DNA of 64,000 nucleotides from Anaerohalosphaeraceae bacterium (GTDB taxonomy: Bacteria; Planctomycetota; Phycisphaerae; Sedimentisphaerales; Anaerohalosphaeraceae): positions 609,635-673,634 of the forward strand of contig CAXXSL010000011.1 of assembly GCA_963675525.2 (NCBI GenBank), given 5' to 3'. The number at the start of each line of letters is the position of its first letter. The stretch's first letter is position 1. Below, piece after piece: positions 39,729 through 48,792 of this stretch. Below the pieces are notes generated by a model. That model was not told where the DNA came from and did not search any database. It worked only from the letters and a program-made list of their open reading frames with translations. The translations under genes were made by a program, and so were the position numbers.

Positions 39729-41129
39729 TTACTTCGCTGAAACATCCAGACAAATCAGCGTTGTCAGATCACGCACCAGCAATCGCCCCGCCACCAGCAC
39801 CGGCGGCCCCCAGCATTCATGACCCTCAAGCACCTTGGCTTGATCCAGCAAGCGGAATTCCTCCGGAACAGCTTCAATAAGCGACAAAAGACCATCATCA
39901 TCAATAATATAGATCATTCCGTTGGCAATGATATAGGGCCCCAACCCATATTTGTGCTGGGCCCCGCTGGCCCAGAGAATCTCACCCGTCATATCCATAC
40001 AGACAAGCTGTTTGTCAGGGCGGACACCATAAATATGACCTTTATAATAAATCGGTGTCTGCTGATCGGAACCAAACACATCCGGGGCAAGTTCGAATTG
40101 AACGTCAGGAATAATAACGCCATCCGTTTCCCGCAACTGCAGCATCATACTTCCCTTGTTATAACCGGCACAGAGGAAGATGCGTCCGTCACCGGCCTCC
40201 ACCGGCGTCGGCACATTGGTTCGCAGATACCACGCATCGGTCTGCCAAAGCACGGTTCCATCCGTCGCCGAAACACCCGCCACGCCCCGGCTTCCCGGAT
40301 AAACATAAAAATCCTCGTCCGCAAATCGCATCGGAAGGATCGAGCAATGTGTCATTTCCCATTGTTGCGTATTGGGAGTTTGCCATTCGACCTCGCCGGT
40401 TTCGCAATCAACCGCCATCATCAGGACCTCTTTCCCCGCCGGGGCAATAATCGCTTGATTGTCCACGATCAGCGGACACTGACCGGCATACCATAACGGT
40501 TCTTTTGTGCCGTATTCGCGAACCAAATCGATCATCCATTTAAACTCACCCGTTTCGGCGTCCAGGCAGGTGACATGGCACTTGGGACCGATAGTGACGA
40601 CATATTTGCCGTTGACCGCCGGCACTGTTCGGCTCATTCCGTGATTGCGTTTGATAGTGACCGGATAAAAGTACCGCCAGATTTCTTTGCCGTCGTCCAG
40701 TGAAAAGCAGCGGATCGCATCAGCTTTTTTTTCCATATCATAATCGATCAGGTACACGCGATAATCATATACGGCTGGTCCCGCATACCCCTCACCCAGC
40801 GAAACTTTCCACAATTTGGGCGGCCCGTTATCCGGCCATTGACGAGCTAAAGCCGTATTGGATTCGAGTACTCCGTCAATATTGGCCCCGCGAAATCCCG
40901 GCCAATTTCCCGACGCTACCGGATGATCAAAAGCAACACCGTCAAATGTTTCCAGCGTCCCCTCGAATGTATCCAATACAGTATCTTCGACAACAATTGC
41001 AGGCCGACCATCCTGTCCGGCAATGCGAGGTTCAACATCGTAAACGTGGTATTCATAGATCCAATAACAAACGAACAGACCAAGGATCACCGCCGTCATA
41101 ATCGGTAAGATGAGAGATTTTATTGTCAT
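39729..41129 (-). CDS. Membrane-anchored PQQ-like beta-propeller protein
   Basis: WPGFRG, GEGYAGPAV, NHGMSRTVP, WGPPVL. Confidence 0.88.
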   Translation of the reverse strand: MTIKSLILPIMTAVILGLFVCYWIYEYHVYDVEPRIAGQDGRPAIVVEDTVLDTFEGTLETFDGVAFDHPVASGNWPGFRGANIDGVLESNTALARQWPDNGPPKLWKVSLGEGYAGPAVYDYRVYLIDYDMEKKADAIRCFSLDDGKEIWRYFYPVTIKRNHGMSRTVPAVNGKYVVTIGPKCHVTCLDAETGEFKWMIDLVREYGTKEPLWYAGQCPLIVDNQAIIAPAGKEVLMMAVDCETGEVEWQTPNTQQWEMTHCSILPMRFADEDFYVYPGSRGVAGVSATDGTVLWQTDAWYLRTNVPTPVEAGDGRIFLCAGYNKGSMMLQLRETDGVIIPDVQFELAPDVFGSDQQTPIYYKGHIYGVRPDKQLVCMDMTGEILWASGAQHKYGLGPYIIANGMIYIIDDDGLLSLIEAVPEEFRLLDQAKVLEGHECWGPPVLVAGRLLVRDLTTLICLDVSAK

Positions 41130-41151
41130 TGGCTTTTTTCGGTCTCTGATT

Positions 41152-44100
41152 TTATTGGTTTTTCAGCATTTCGAGGAATTTCATTTTCAAGATACCACGG
41201 ATGGCAACCCGGACCCATACCGCCCCGCTGGCCAGCATTGCAATGACCATACAGATTATGATTGCATACGGAAAATCACCGCCGCGGGTTCGAATAATCG
41301 GGATAACGGCCCATAACGCCGGAATCAATCCGGCCAAAAGCCCGCCCAGCAGTAAAAGGCCATGTTCAAGAAACAGCATGACGCCCAGTGCGGGCTTTCG
41401 AAATCCAACCGCCTGCATCATCGCCAATTCCGTTTTGCGGTCGAGGACATTCAAGATCAATACCAGTCCCAGTCCGGCCGATCCCAGCACTAATCCCAAT
41501 CCGCCCAACGCCATGAAGATCGCCATGTAGGTATTCTCAACCTCGTGATACTGAGCCAGTACACTTGTGCCCTCAACCAGTTCCATGCCAAAATCACGAT
41601 ACGCGCGTGTCAACTGGGCCGCTTGTGTGTCTAAGTTGTTCCAATCAGCCTCGATCAAAAATAATCGGCGGCCGTCTATCGATGGAAAATGCCGCACAAA
41701 CTGATCTTCAGAGATCAGCAGCCGGCCCTGCAGCACGGACTCTTTTAAAATTCCTACGATCTGCAAGTGGAACATGGTTCCGTTTTCATCTCTGTACGGA
41801 ATCGTATCCGAAAGTTTTTTCTTTAATCCCCAGACAACCGTAGCATAGTCGCCGATCGCGCCAATCGCGCCATCCGGCAAGTTTTGATCCAACAGTTCCC
41901 AGCCGGAAACATCACCGTCAATGGTCTTTTGAAAAGCAAACGCTTTCTTTTCCGCAAGCCGCTGCGGCTGAACGCCCAACAGGGTCGGCTGAGCGGCACG
42001 ATTCAGATTCAGACAACTGGCGTCATCCTGCTGATAAACTCTGAAACCGACCACCGCATCGTCAACGATCGGCAAAATGCCCCGTTGAGCCGGTTGCGGC
42101 AGCACCGGGATCGTTGTCAAGGGAAGCGTTGTTTCAGCGATAAATGCAAAGCCGCCGGTACCCGAGTCACGCTGTTGCGCATCGGCCCCGACATCCTTGT
42201 AATTGGCCCCCACCCCGATCACCATGAAAACACCGCACGCCAGTGTGGTCAGCACCGCCAGGCTGCGCCCGCTTCTTCGAGGAATGTTTTTCAATGCCAA
42301 CAGCGGCAGGCTCTGCGCAAACGAAGCACTTTTGGACCGGAGCCATTTCAGACCGTCCGCCGACAAGAAGAAAACACTCAACAGCAGCAGGATCCCTGTC
42401 ATAAAAAACGCCCCTGTTTGAGACTGCTCTAACTTTGACTGCCAGGGCAGCAAAACCGCCAACGCAAAACAGATCAGTCCCAGCCAAAGGAAAAAACGTG
42501 ACATCTTTTTCCTCGCTGACAGATAGTTTTCAAACGTCCGGGTCAGTAATTGATGAACCGGCTTTCGGATACGGCGAAATAACGCCAACTGGATCGAAAA
42601 CACGCAAATCAATAAACTGATAAAAATACCCATAACCACGGTCGTCGCTTCAGCATGGAATTCCAATTGAAGATCGGCCAATGCCTTGGCCCAGAAGGTC
42701 GCGTTCAATAATGAGATCAACATCCATGAGTAAAAAACCGACACCGCCGCCCCAAGTACACATCCCGCCAGCGCCAGGATAGAACCCTCGATCATAAACA
42801 AAATAAATATCCTCAGCCAGTTCCATCCGACCGCCAGTAACAGCCCAACCTGATCCGAACGGAACTCGACATAAAAAACAAAGATCAATGCCAGCAGGAT
42901 CGCCGCTGAAAAGATCAAAAACATACTCAGTCCCGCAAACAGACCGGCAAAATCGGTCGAGCCGGAAGCACTTTTTTCAGCCGTCGCCTGCACATCCTTA
43001 AAATAAAAACCAATCGTTGCCGGATCGATCTTTTCCAGCAGCAACGATCGAATATCTTCTTGCGAGTTGGATTGGCCCGGCCACCTTACAGCCGTCAGAT
43101 TCCCGAACCGGTTCGCCCATATATCGCCCGCCGCCGCAAGGCTGATATAGGCCTTGGGCGTCCCACCATAGCGGTCCCAGTAGGCCTCATCCCGCCGACC
43201 GATTTTATCGAGGTCCAGCGGAATGCCCGGCTCCCAATCGCGGCAATTGTCCGCATCCGACAAACCCGGCAATGCCGGCATCAGCGTCGGGTCGGCAAAC
43301 GGTCCCATCATGGGAACCACCCGCCCGACGGTAAACTCAGAAGTTTCTTCGGTAAGCTCACGGGTCGGAGTGATCTTAAAATAGCGCATCCGGATCGTAT
43401 CGCCGACTCCGACGTTCAACGTGGCAGCCAGCCATTCGTTAACTGCGATCTGATCGTTCGCAAGTCCCGACAGAAAAGCCGTATCCACCGCCGCAACGGT
43501 TGAATAAGGAACCGATTCTTCGCCGGATGCCAGCTCATTGACAAAATAAGTAAAAATGCCGGACGCATCGGACCCGATAGCGGTCGCCGTTTTCGTTACG
43601 GCTTTCTGCAGAAAAATATCCGGACTATGAAGTTCGATCACGTTCTGTTCTTTAATATCACGAAGCCCCAGCCCGTAATCCGAAAGGGTCGCAAACCGCC
43701 TGATCAATTTGTCATACTCCTCCGGACCGGTTTTGCCCGAGCCGTCATGCCCGACCAGCAGCATATTCGCTTTTCCGCCCAACTGTGCTTTTTCGGCCAG
43801 CCACTCGATCGGCACAAAGACGTTCAGCGGCGAAGACTGTTGAGCCTGTAAACTAAACCGCCCCAGTAAATCATCCGGAACCCTTGTCCCGATCTGCACA
43901 TCCCATGCACGCGAATTGCTCCCCTCCGTCGAAAAGATCAAATCCTGTGACAGCACCGTATCGGTCCCGAGACGAAGCAATAATTCCCCTGTATACCCTC
44001 CCAACCGATCCGCAAGCAGCTCATTCGGCAGTATCTGATCGGCCGACAAGTCAATCCCCTGCGAATCAGATGCAAGCTGCCAGAAGGTCGTATCGATACC

Positions 44101-44427
44101 GTAAATGTTCAGTTGATTAACACGCACCGTCCCGTCAGGTGATTCGAGAATTCCTTTTAAAGCCAAAACCGGAGCCACAACAGAACCGGAACTTTCCGCT
44201 AACTCGCCGGCCAGTTCCTGCCGGAAATAGCCCTCGCCGGTCGAGCAGGCAAACTGCACAGTCCCCACCCGCATCCGGCTAAGCCGCAACAGGCTGTAAC
44301 GAACCGAGTCTCCCACCAGCAGTGCACCGGTCAGCACCGCACAGCACACCATCGCAAGCAGCACCGTCGCAAGGTTATTCCACCGGTAAAACAGCAGGTC
44401 ACGTTTTACGATCTGTAAAAATTTCAT
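41152..44427 (-). CDS. Large FtsX/MacB-like ABC transporter permease (duplicated)
   Basis: Two FtsX-like TM clusters (VGLLLAVGW; ELAMMQAVGF) with large periplasmic loops. Confidence 0.88.
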   Translation of the reverse strand: MKFLQIVKRDLLFYRWNNLATVLLAMVCCAVLTGALLVGDSVRYSLLRLSRMRVGTVQFACSTGEGYFRQELAGELAESSGSVVAPVLALKGILESPDGTVRVNQLNIYGIDTTFWQLASDSQGIDLSADQILPNELLADRLGGYTGELLLRLGTDTVLSQDLIFSTEGSNSRAWDVQIGTRVPDDLLGRFSLQAQQSSPLNVFVPIEWLAEKAQLGGKANMLLVGHDGSGKTGPEEYDKLIRRFATLSDYGLGLRDIKEQNVIELHSPDIFLQKAVTKTATAIGSDASGIFTYFVNELASGEESVPYSTVAAVDTAFLSGLANDQIAVNEWLAATLNVGVGDTIRMRYFKITPTRELTEETSEFTVGRVVPMMGPFADPTLMPALPGLSDADNCRDWEPGIPLDLDKIGRRDEAYWDRYGGTPKAYISLAAAGDIWANRFGNLTAVRWPGQSNSQEDIRSLLLEKIDPATIGFYFKDVQATAEKSASGSTDFAGLFAGLSMFLIFSAAILLALIFVFYVEFRSDQVGLLLAVGWNWLRIFILFMIEGSILALAGCVLGAAVSVFYSWMLISLLNATFWAKALADLQLEFHAEATTVVMGIFISLLICVFSIQLALFRRIRKPVHQLLTRTFENYLSARKKMSRFFLWLGLICFALAVLLPWQSKLEQSQTGAFFMTGILLLLSVFFLSADGLKWLRSKSASFAQSLPLLALKNIPRRSGRSLAVLTTLACGVFMVIGVGANYKDVGADAQQRDSGTGGFAFIAETTLPLTTIPVLPQPAQRGILPIVDDAVVGFRVYQQDDASCLNLNRAAQPTLLGVQPQRLAEKKAFAFQKTIDGDVSGWELLDQNLPDGAIGAIGDYATVVWGLKKKLSDTIPYRDENGTMFHLQIVGILKESVLQGRLLISEDQFVRHFPSIDGRRLFLIEADWNNLDTQAAQLTRAYRDFGMELVEGTSVLAQYHEVENTYMAIFMALGGLGLVLGSAGLGLVLILNVLDRKTELAMMQAVGFRKPALGVMLFLEHGLLLLGGLLAGLIPALWAVIPIIRTRGGDFPYAIIICMVIAMLASGAVWVRVAIRGILKMKFLEMLKNQ

Positions 44428-44437
44428 CGCTTCGGTC

Positions 44438-45115
44438 TTAAATCTCCATCAATTGTTTGTGATCAACCCGAAATTTCCGCTGCATTTGTTCCGCAAGCTT
44501 ATGTGAGTGTGATGCCACGATCAACGTCACGTTTTCACTTCGATTCAGTTCCAGCAGTAGATTCGCAATTTGTTCGGCCGTTTCAGCATCCAGCGAACCC
44601 GTCGGCTCATCGGCCAACAGCAGTTCGGGCTGATTAACCAACGCCCGTGCCACCGCCACACGCTGACGCTGACCTCCGCTGATCTGCCCGGGATGAACAT
44701 CCCGGTATTTCTGCAGGCCCACTTTTTCCAGAAGCTCCACCGCCCGCTTGAGGACCTGGCTTCTCTCGATCTCGGACTGCCTTTCGGCCAGTGTCGGCAG
44801 CAGCACATTTTCAAGCACCGTACATTGCGGCAGTAAATAGTGCAATTGGAACACAAAACCGATCTGTGTATTCCGCAGTCGCGCCAGTTCCCCCTCCCGC
44901 AACGATGCCAAATTGGTCCGGTTCAAAAAAACCTTGCCCGAAGAGGGCCGGTCCAGTCCGCCGATCAGATTCAGCAGCGTCGTTTTGCCGCTGCCGGAAG
45001 GGCCGGTAAACGAAACGGTCTGCCCCGGCTTAACCGTCAGGTCGATCTCGTCCAGCACCGTAACGTTCTCGGCCTCGCCCGGATATGTTTTAGTCACCTG
45101 GATTAACTCAAGCAT
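44438..45115 (-). CDS. ABC transporter ATP-binding protein (LolD/MacB-like)
   Basis: GPSGSGKTT, GFVFQ, ISGGQRQRVAVARAL, LADEPTGSLD. Confidence 0.95.
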   Translation of the reverse strand: MLELIQVTKTYPGEAENVTVLDEIDLTVKPGQTVSFTGPSGSGKTTLLNLIGGLDRPSSGKVFLNRTNLASLREGELARLRNTQIGFVFQLHYLLPQCTVLENVLLPTLAERQSEIERSQVLKRAVELLEKVGLQKYRDVHPGQISGGQRQRVAVARALVNQPELLLADEPTGSLDAETAEQIANLLLELNRSENVTLIVASHSHKLAEQMQRKFRVDHKQLMEI

Positions 45116-45122
45116 CTCGATT

Positions 45123-46430
45123 TCACTTTCCGCTCTTTCTTGACGACAGAGCACTGAACAATTCAACCATGCTTTTGACCGTGTTGTCAACCGAATACCA
45201 CTTCTTCACCGCCGCGGTTCCCGTTTGCCCAAGCCGTCGGATCATCGCCGGTTCCAGCAGCAGCGACCGCAGCGTTTCAGCCAGTTTGACGGGGTTGTTG
45301 GGCCCATAGAGAACCCCCGCCTTGGTCCTCTCCGCCAACTCCGTAAACACGCCCGCGTCCGGCGTCACAAACGGCACACCCGATGCCAGCGACTCCAACG
45401 CAAACAACCCGTAACCCAGCGGCACGCGCGAGGGCAGCACCGTCAGCCACAGGCTCTTTAAGAACGCCTGACGCGACTGAACATCATACTCGGGCACAAA
45501 CTCAACACGGTCCGTCAGGCGCAGCGACTCAATACGCTGCCGCATTTTTTTCAAAAAGCCCGCATCGGCCGGACCGCTGCCGCCGGTAATGCGTAACCGA
45601 ATACCGTCAAGCCGATCATCCCGCCGCAAAAAATGAACCGCGTTGATCAGAATGTCCAGCCCGTGGTCATAGCACATCTTCGACAGATACCCCAGCGTCG
45701 GTATCTCCGGCATATGCTCGGCAGGCACAAAAGCAGCCGGGTCGATCCCCATCGCCATCACCGTGACCCGGTCCGACACGTCCGGCAGGCGTCGGACGAT
45801 AATACTTTTATAATAATCGCTGACGGCAATAAACGCGTCGAATGCTCGCGATTTTTCACCAACCATATCCCATGCCCGCTGACGAAACGGTTCCGGCAGC
45901 CCATCGAGAAAACCTTCCTCATCCTGCAGCAGGCAAACCACAGGAACTTTTAGTTTCTCTTTGACCGTCGGGGCCAGTCCGGCCAGAAGAATATTCGAAA
46001 AAACAATCACATCCGGCTTTTCGTCCAGACCTTCCAGCCAGTCCGTCAACCGGTTGATCTCTTTTTGCTGTTTGCCGTCGGCCCCCTGCAGCATCGAAAC
46101 GGTCGTCTTGCCAAGTTCCCGGGCGGTCGTCATGCCCGAAAGCCGGCCGAGCTTTTTTAATAACGCCGGATGGTCAAACCACGCATCCAGCCAGCGAGGC
46201 GTTTTACGGAACAGTGAAAATTTTTGCTGTAAATAGACATTCAGCCCCCCCATAAATAACGGCGCCGAATGGGCCGACCCAACCGCATCCATCGCGATCG
46301 GCAGGTACATCGGAACCATCGATATATCATGCCCCGCCCGGGCCAGTGCCTTCACCAGCATCAGGTCACGCAGACAATTTTCGCAGTAAAAATTGTCCCC
46401 CGAACCCGGTGTCAGTTGAATGATGCGCAT
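45123..46430 (-). CDS. Glycosyltransferase family 4 (GT-B)
   Basis: LARAGHDI, FIAVSDYY, YGLFALESLASGVPFV; N-terminal FYCENCLRD. Confidence 0.85.
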   Translation of the reverse strand: MRIIQLTPGSGDNFYCENCLRDLMLVKALARAGHDISMVPMYLPIAMDAVGSAHSAPLFMGGLNVYLQQKFSLFRKTPRWLDAWFDHPALLKKLGRLSGMTTARELGKTTVSMLQGADGKQQKEINRLTDWLEGLDEKPDVIVFSNILLAGLAPTVKEKLKVPVVCLLQDEEGFLDGLPEPFRQRAWDMVGEKSRAFDAFIAVSDYYKSIIVRRLPDVSDRVTVMAMGIDPAAFVPAEHMPEIPTLGYLSKMCYDHGLDILINAVHFLRRDDRLDGIRLRITGGSGPADAGFLKKMRQRIESLRLTDRVEFVPEYDVQSRQAFLKSLWLTVLPSRVPLGYGLFALESLASGVPFVTPDAGVFTELAERTKAGVLYGPNNPVKLAETLRSLLLEPAMIRRLGQTGTAAVKKWYSVDNTVKSMVELFSALSSRKSGK

Positions 46431-46586
46431 TGGCCAATCCTTTCATTTCCACGCTGCTTTCAGGATAACCGAAAAAACACCGATATGCAACCCTGCGATT
46501 TAGAAGCCGTTTGTTGGTTTTTTGCTTTTCTATTGGCAATAATTCGCTACACTATAGAGCATAAATTCAATCTGGAGGCTGTACCG

Positions 46587-47078
46587 ATGTCCGAAAATGC
46601 AAAAAGTCCCGCACAAACCGCTGTCGAAACCCGTTACCTCGTCATGCCGCATCAGGCCAACCCCTTCGGCACAGCCTTCGGCGGGGTCATTATGGGCTGG
46701 ATCGACATGGTCGCCTCGATGGCCGCCCAGCGGCATTGCGGCACCGAAGTCGTCACCGCCGGCATCGATTCGATGTCATTTCACGAGCCCATCAGCATTG
46801 GTGACCATGTGGTACTGCTGGCCGGCGTCAATTATGTCGGAAAAACCTCGATGGAAGTCGGCGTCAAGGTGCTGCGAGAGGACCCGGTCAGCCACAAATG
46901 CGCCGTCGCCACCAAGGCTTATTTGACCTTTGTCTCGATTAACGAGAACCACAAACCCATCACCGCCCCGCCGCTGGAGCCAAAAACCGAAGACGAAAAA
47001 CGCCGCTGGAACAACGCCGCACTCCGCGTCAAGGCCCGAAAAGCCCTCCGAAAACAAGTCCGTTCCAACCGCTCATGA
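46587..47078 (+). CDS. Acyl-CoA thioesterase (hotdog fold, YciA-like)
   Basis: ANPFGTAFGGVIMGWID, VVTAGID, YVGKTSMEVGV; GGAGG RBS before ATG 46587. Confidence 0.93.
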   Translation: MSENAKSPAQTAVETRYLVMPHQANPFGTAFGGVIMGWIDMVASMAAQRHCGTEVVTAGIDSMSFHEPISIGDHVVLLAGVNYVGKTSMEVGVKVLREDPVSHKCAVATKAYLTFVSINENHKPITAPPLEPKTEDEKRRWNNAALRVKARKALRKQVRSNRS

Positions 47079-47250
47079 TACGGCTAAATAAACGCTCCCC
47101 TTTTCCAGGGAGAAGCCGCCGGTGTCCGTCCTGCTCGTCCGATTCTCTTACTCCTGCCTTCTTTTTTCAATTTTTTATTGTTCAGAGCGATGTTTGTTGG
47201 GTACAATTATCGTGTTTCAAATTCAAAAACGATAATAATAAGGAGGCCTT

Positions 47251-47658
47251 ATGGATCTCGAACAGGTAAAGGAATTCACCGGCCAGCTCCGCTGGGGCAC
47301 GCTGGCCACATCCGACGGCCGCAAAGTCGCCGCAAGACCCATGTCCGGCCTGGCCTGGAAAGACAACCAGTTATGGTGCGCCACTTCCGCCGCGTCCGAC
47401 AAGGTCGCTCAGCTTAAAAGAGTACCCCAGGCCGAGTACTGTTTCTGCGATGATTCCGGCAAACACATCCGTATCGCAGGCCCCTGCACCATCAGCACCG
47501 ACAACGCCGAAAAACGCTGGCTCTACAACGCTCTCCCGGAACTGAAAGACTACTTCCCAAACCCCGCCGCGCCGGACTACGTCATCATAAAAATGATCCC
47601 CGACAACATCCGGGTACCCAATCCCGACTTCACCTACCACCAGGTAGTAATTAAATAA
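47251..47658 (+). CDS. Pyridoxamine 5'-phosphate oxidase-like FMN-binding protein
   Basis: LATSDG..ARPM, LWCATS..SDKVAQL, IRIAG. Confidence 0.85.
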   Translation: MDLEQVKEFTGQLRWGTLATSDGRKVAARPMSGLAWKDNQLWCATSAASDKVAQLKRVPQAEYCFCDDSGKHIRIAGPCTISTDNAEKRWLYNALPELKDYFPNPAAPDYVIIKMIPDNIRVPNPDFTYHQVVIK

Positions 47659-47793
47659 ATGGGGAGAATTTAGGGTGTTTGATATGCTCTGTCGAAAAGG
47701 TGTGTAAATTGGGTGGCATCGCTTCTGACCGCAGGCCAAAGCGGTGGATCGGCTATCCGAAACCATGCCTTTCGCCTTCCGCGAAGAGCCTTT

Positions 47794-48699
47794 CTACTGA
47801 GCAGGTGCTTCTTCTTCTTGTGACAACGGTTGATCGAGATAGTCGAGGGCTTTGTCGAATTCCTCAGCCGGCGGCAATTCGTGGCCCATTCCGGGGACCT
47901 GAATGTACAGCACATGATCCAGCCACTTGCTGTAGCCTTGTTCGTAATAGGTATGCATCTGCAGCCTGTTGCCGTCGGTGTCTCCTGTCAGCAGCACATA
48001 GCGGCCGAATTTTTTGGCTCTCACGAGGTTTTCCTGATGCGGCCGTGTAAAGCCGGGAGCCCAGCGGCTGTTTGTTTTACCCGGCACAGCCATACTCAGC
48101 CAATAGTTGGCGCCAATGATAAAAATACCGCCGTCATAGACGTCACTGTGATGAAACGCGGTAATGCTGGCAACCCGTCCGCCGCCGGAAAGACCGGCAA
48201 CATAGACCCGATCCGGGTCGATCGTGTAAAGTTTCTGCATGTTATAAGCCGCATCGAGCGCCAAAGGAACCCTGCGCGTATCATAGGGGGTAGCGTTTCC
48301 TGAATCGTTGGCGCCAACCCAGATCAGTCTGTGTTTGTCCATCAGTTCTTTTGAGCCGGGGTAATGGCCGATCGCACCACTGGGGCTGGGCGAAACCCAG
48401 ACCAACAGGCCGAAAGGCGGATTCGCATTCGGGTCATAACTGTCCGGCACATACACCTCAAACGACTCTCGTTTAATCGCGTAGTGGTGATCGTCATAAG
48501 ACCCCGGCTTAATAGCCATGCGCATCCGTTCCGTAAGAGACCGGCTGTCGGACAAGGGGCTGTATTCTGAAAATGTCGCGGGATAGCTCCCCTTTTGATG
48601 CGGCCGGGCGGCTGTCTCTGCAGAGACGATCAAGCACAGCAACAGTGTAAAAAGCACAGTTGCTCGGATCAGCCGTATTCCCCGACCATTGATCATCAT
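47794..48699 (-). CDS. Secreted alpha/beta hydrolase (PHB depolymerase/esterase-like)
   Basis: Signal peptide; IDPDRVYVAGLSGGG; VPGMGH. Confidence 0.85.
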   Translation of the reverse strand: MMINGRGIRLIRATVLFTLLLCLIVSAETAARPHQKGSYPATFSEYSPLSDSRSLTERMRMAIKPGSYDDHHYAIKRESFEVYVPDSYDPNANPPFGLLVWVSPSPSGAIGHYPGSKELMDKHRLIWVGANDSGNATPYDTRRVPLALDAAYNMQKLYTIDPDRVYVAGLSGGGRVASITAFHHSDVYDGGIFIIGANYWLSMAVPGKTNSRWAPGFTRPHQENLVRAKKFGRYVLLTGDTDGNRLQMHTYYEQGYSKWLDHVLYIQVPGMGHELPPAEEFDKALDYLDQPLSQEEEAPAQ

Positions 48700-48792
48700 A
48701 CGCCACTCCTGCTGCCGACGTGTCTCGACAGAGTGATTGTAACCCCAGCGTCAAGGTAAATCAAGGGAGAAAACAGCCCCGGAGAGCATTCC

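Noticed and set aside
46269..46586. N-terminal extension of the thioesterase ORF
   Set aside because: It overlaps the divergent GT4 gene; the ATG at 46587 has a good RBS and matches the family length.
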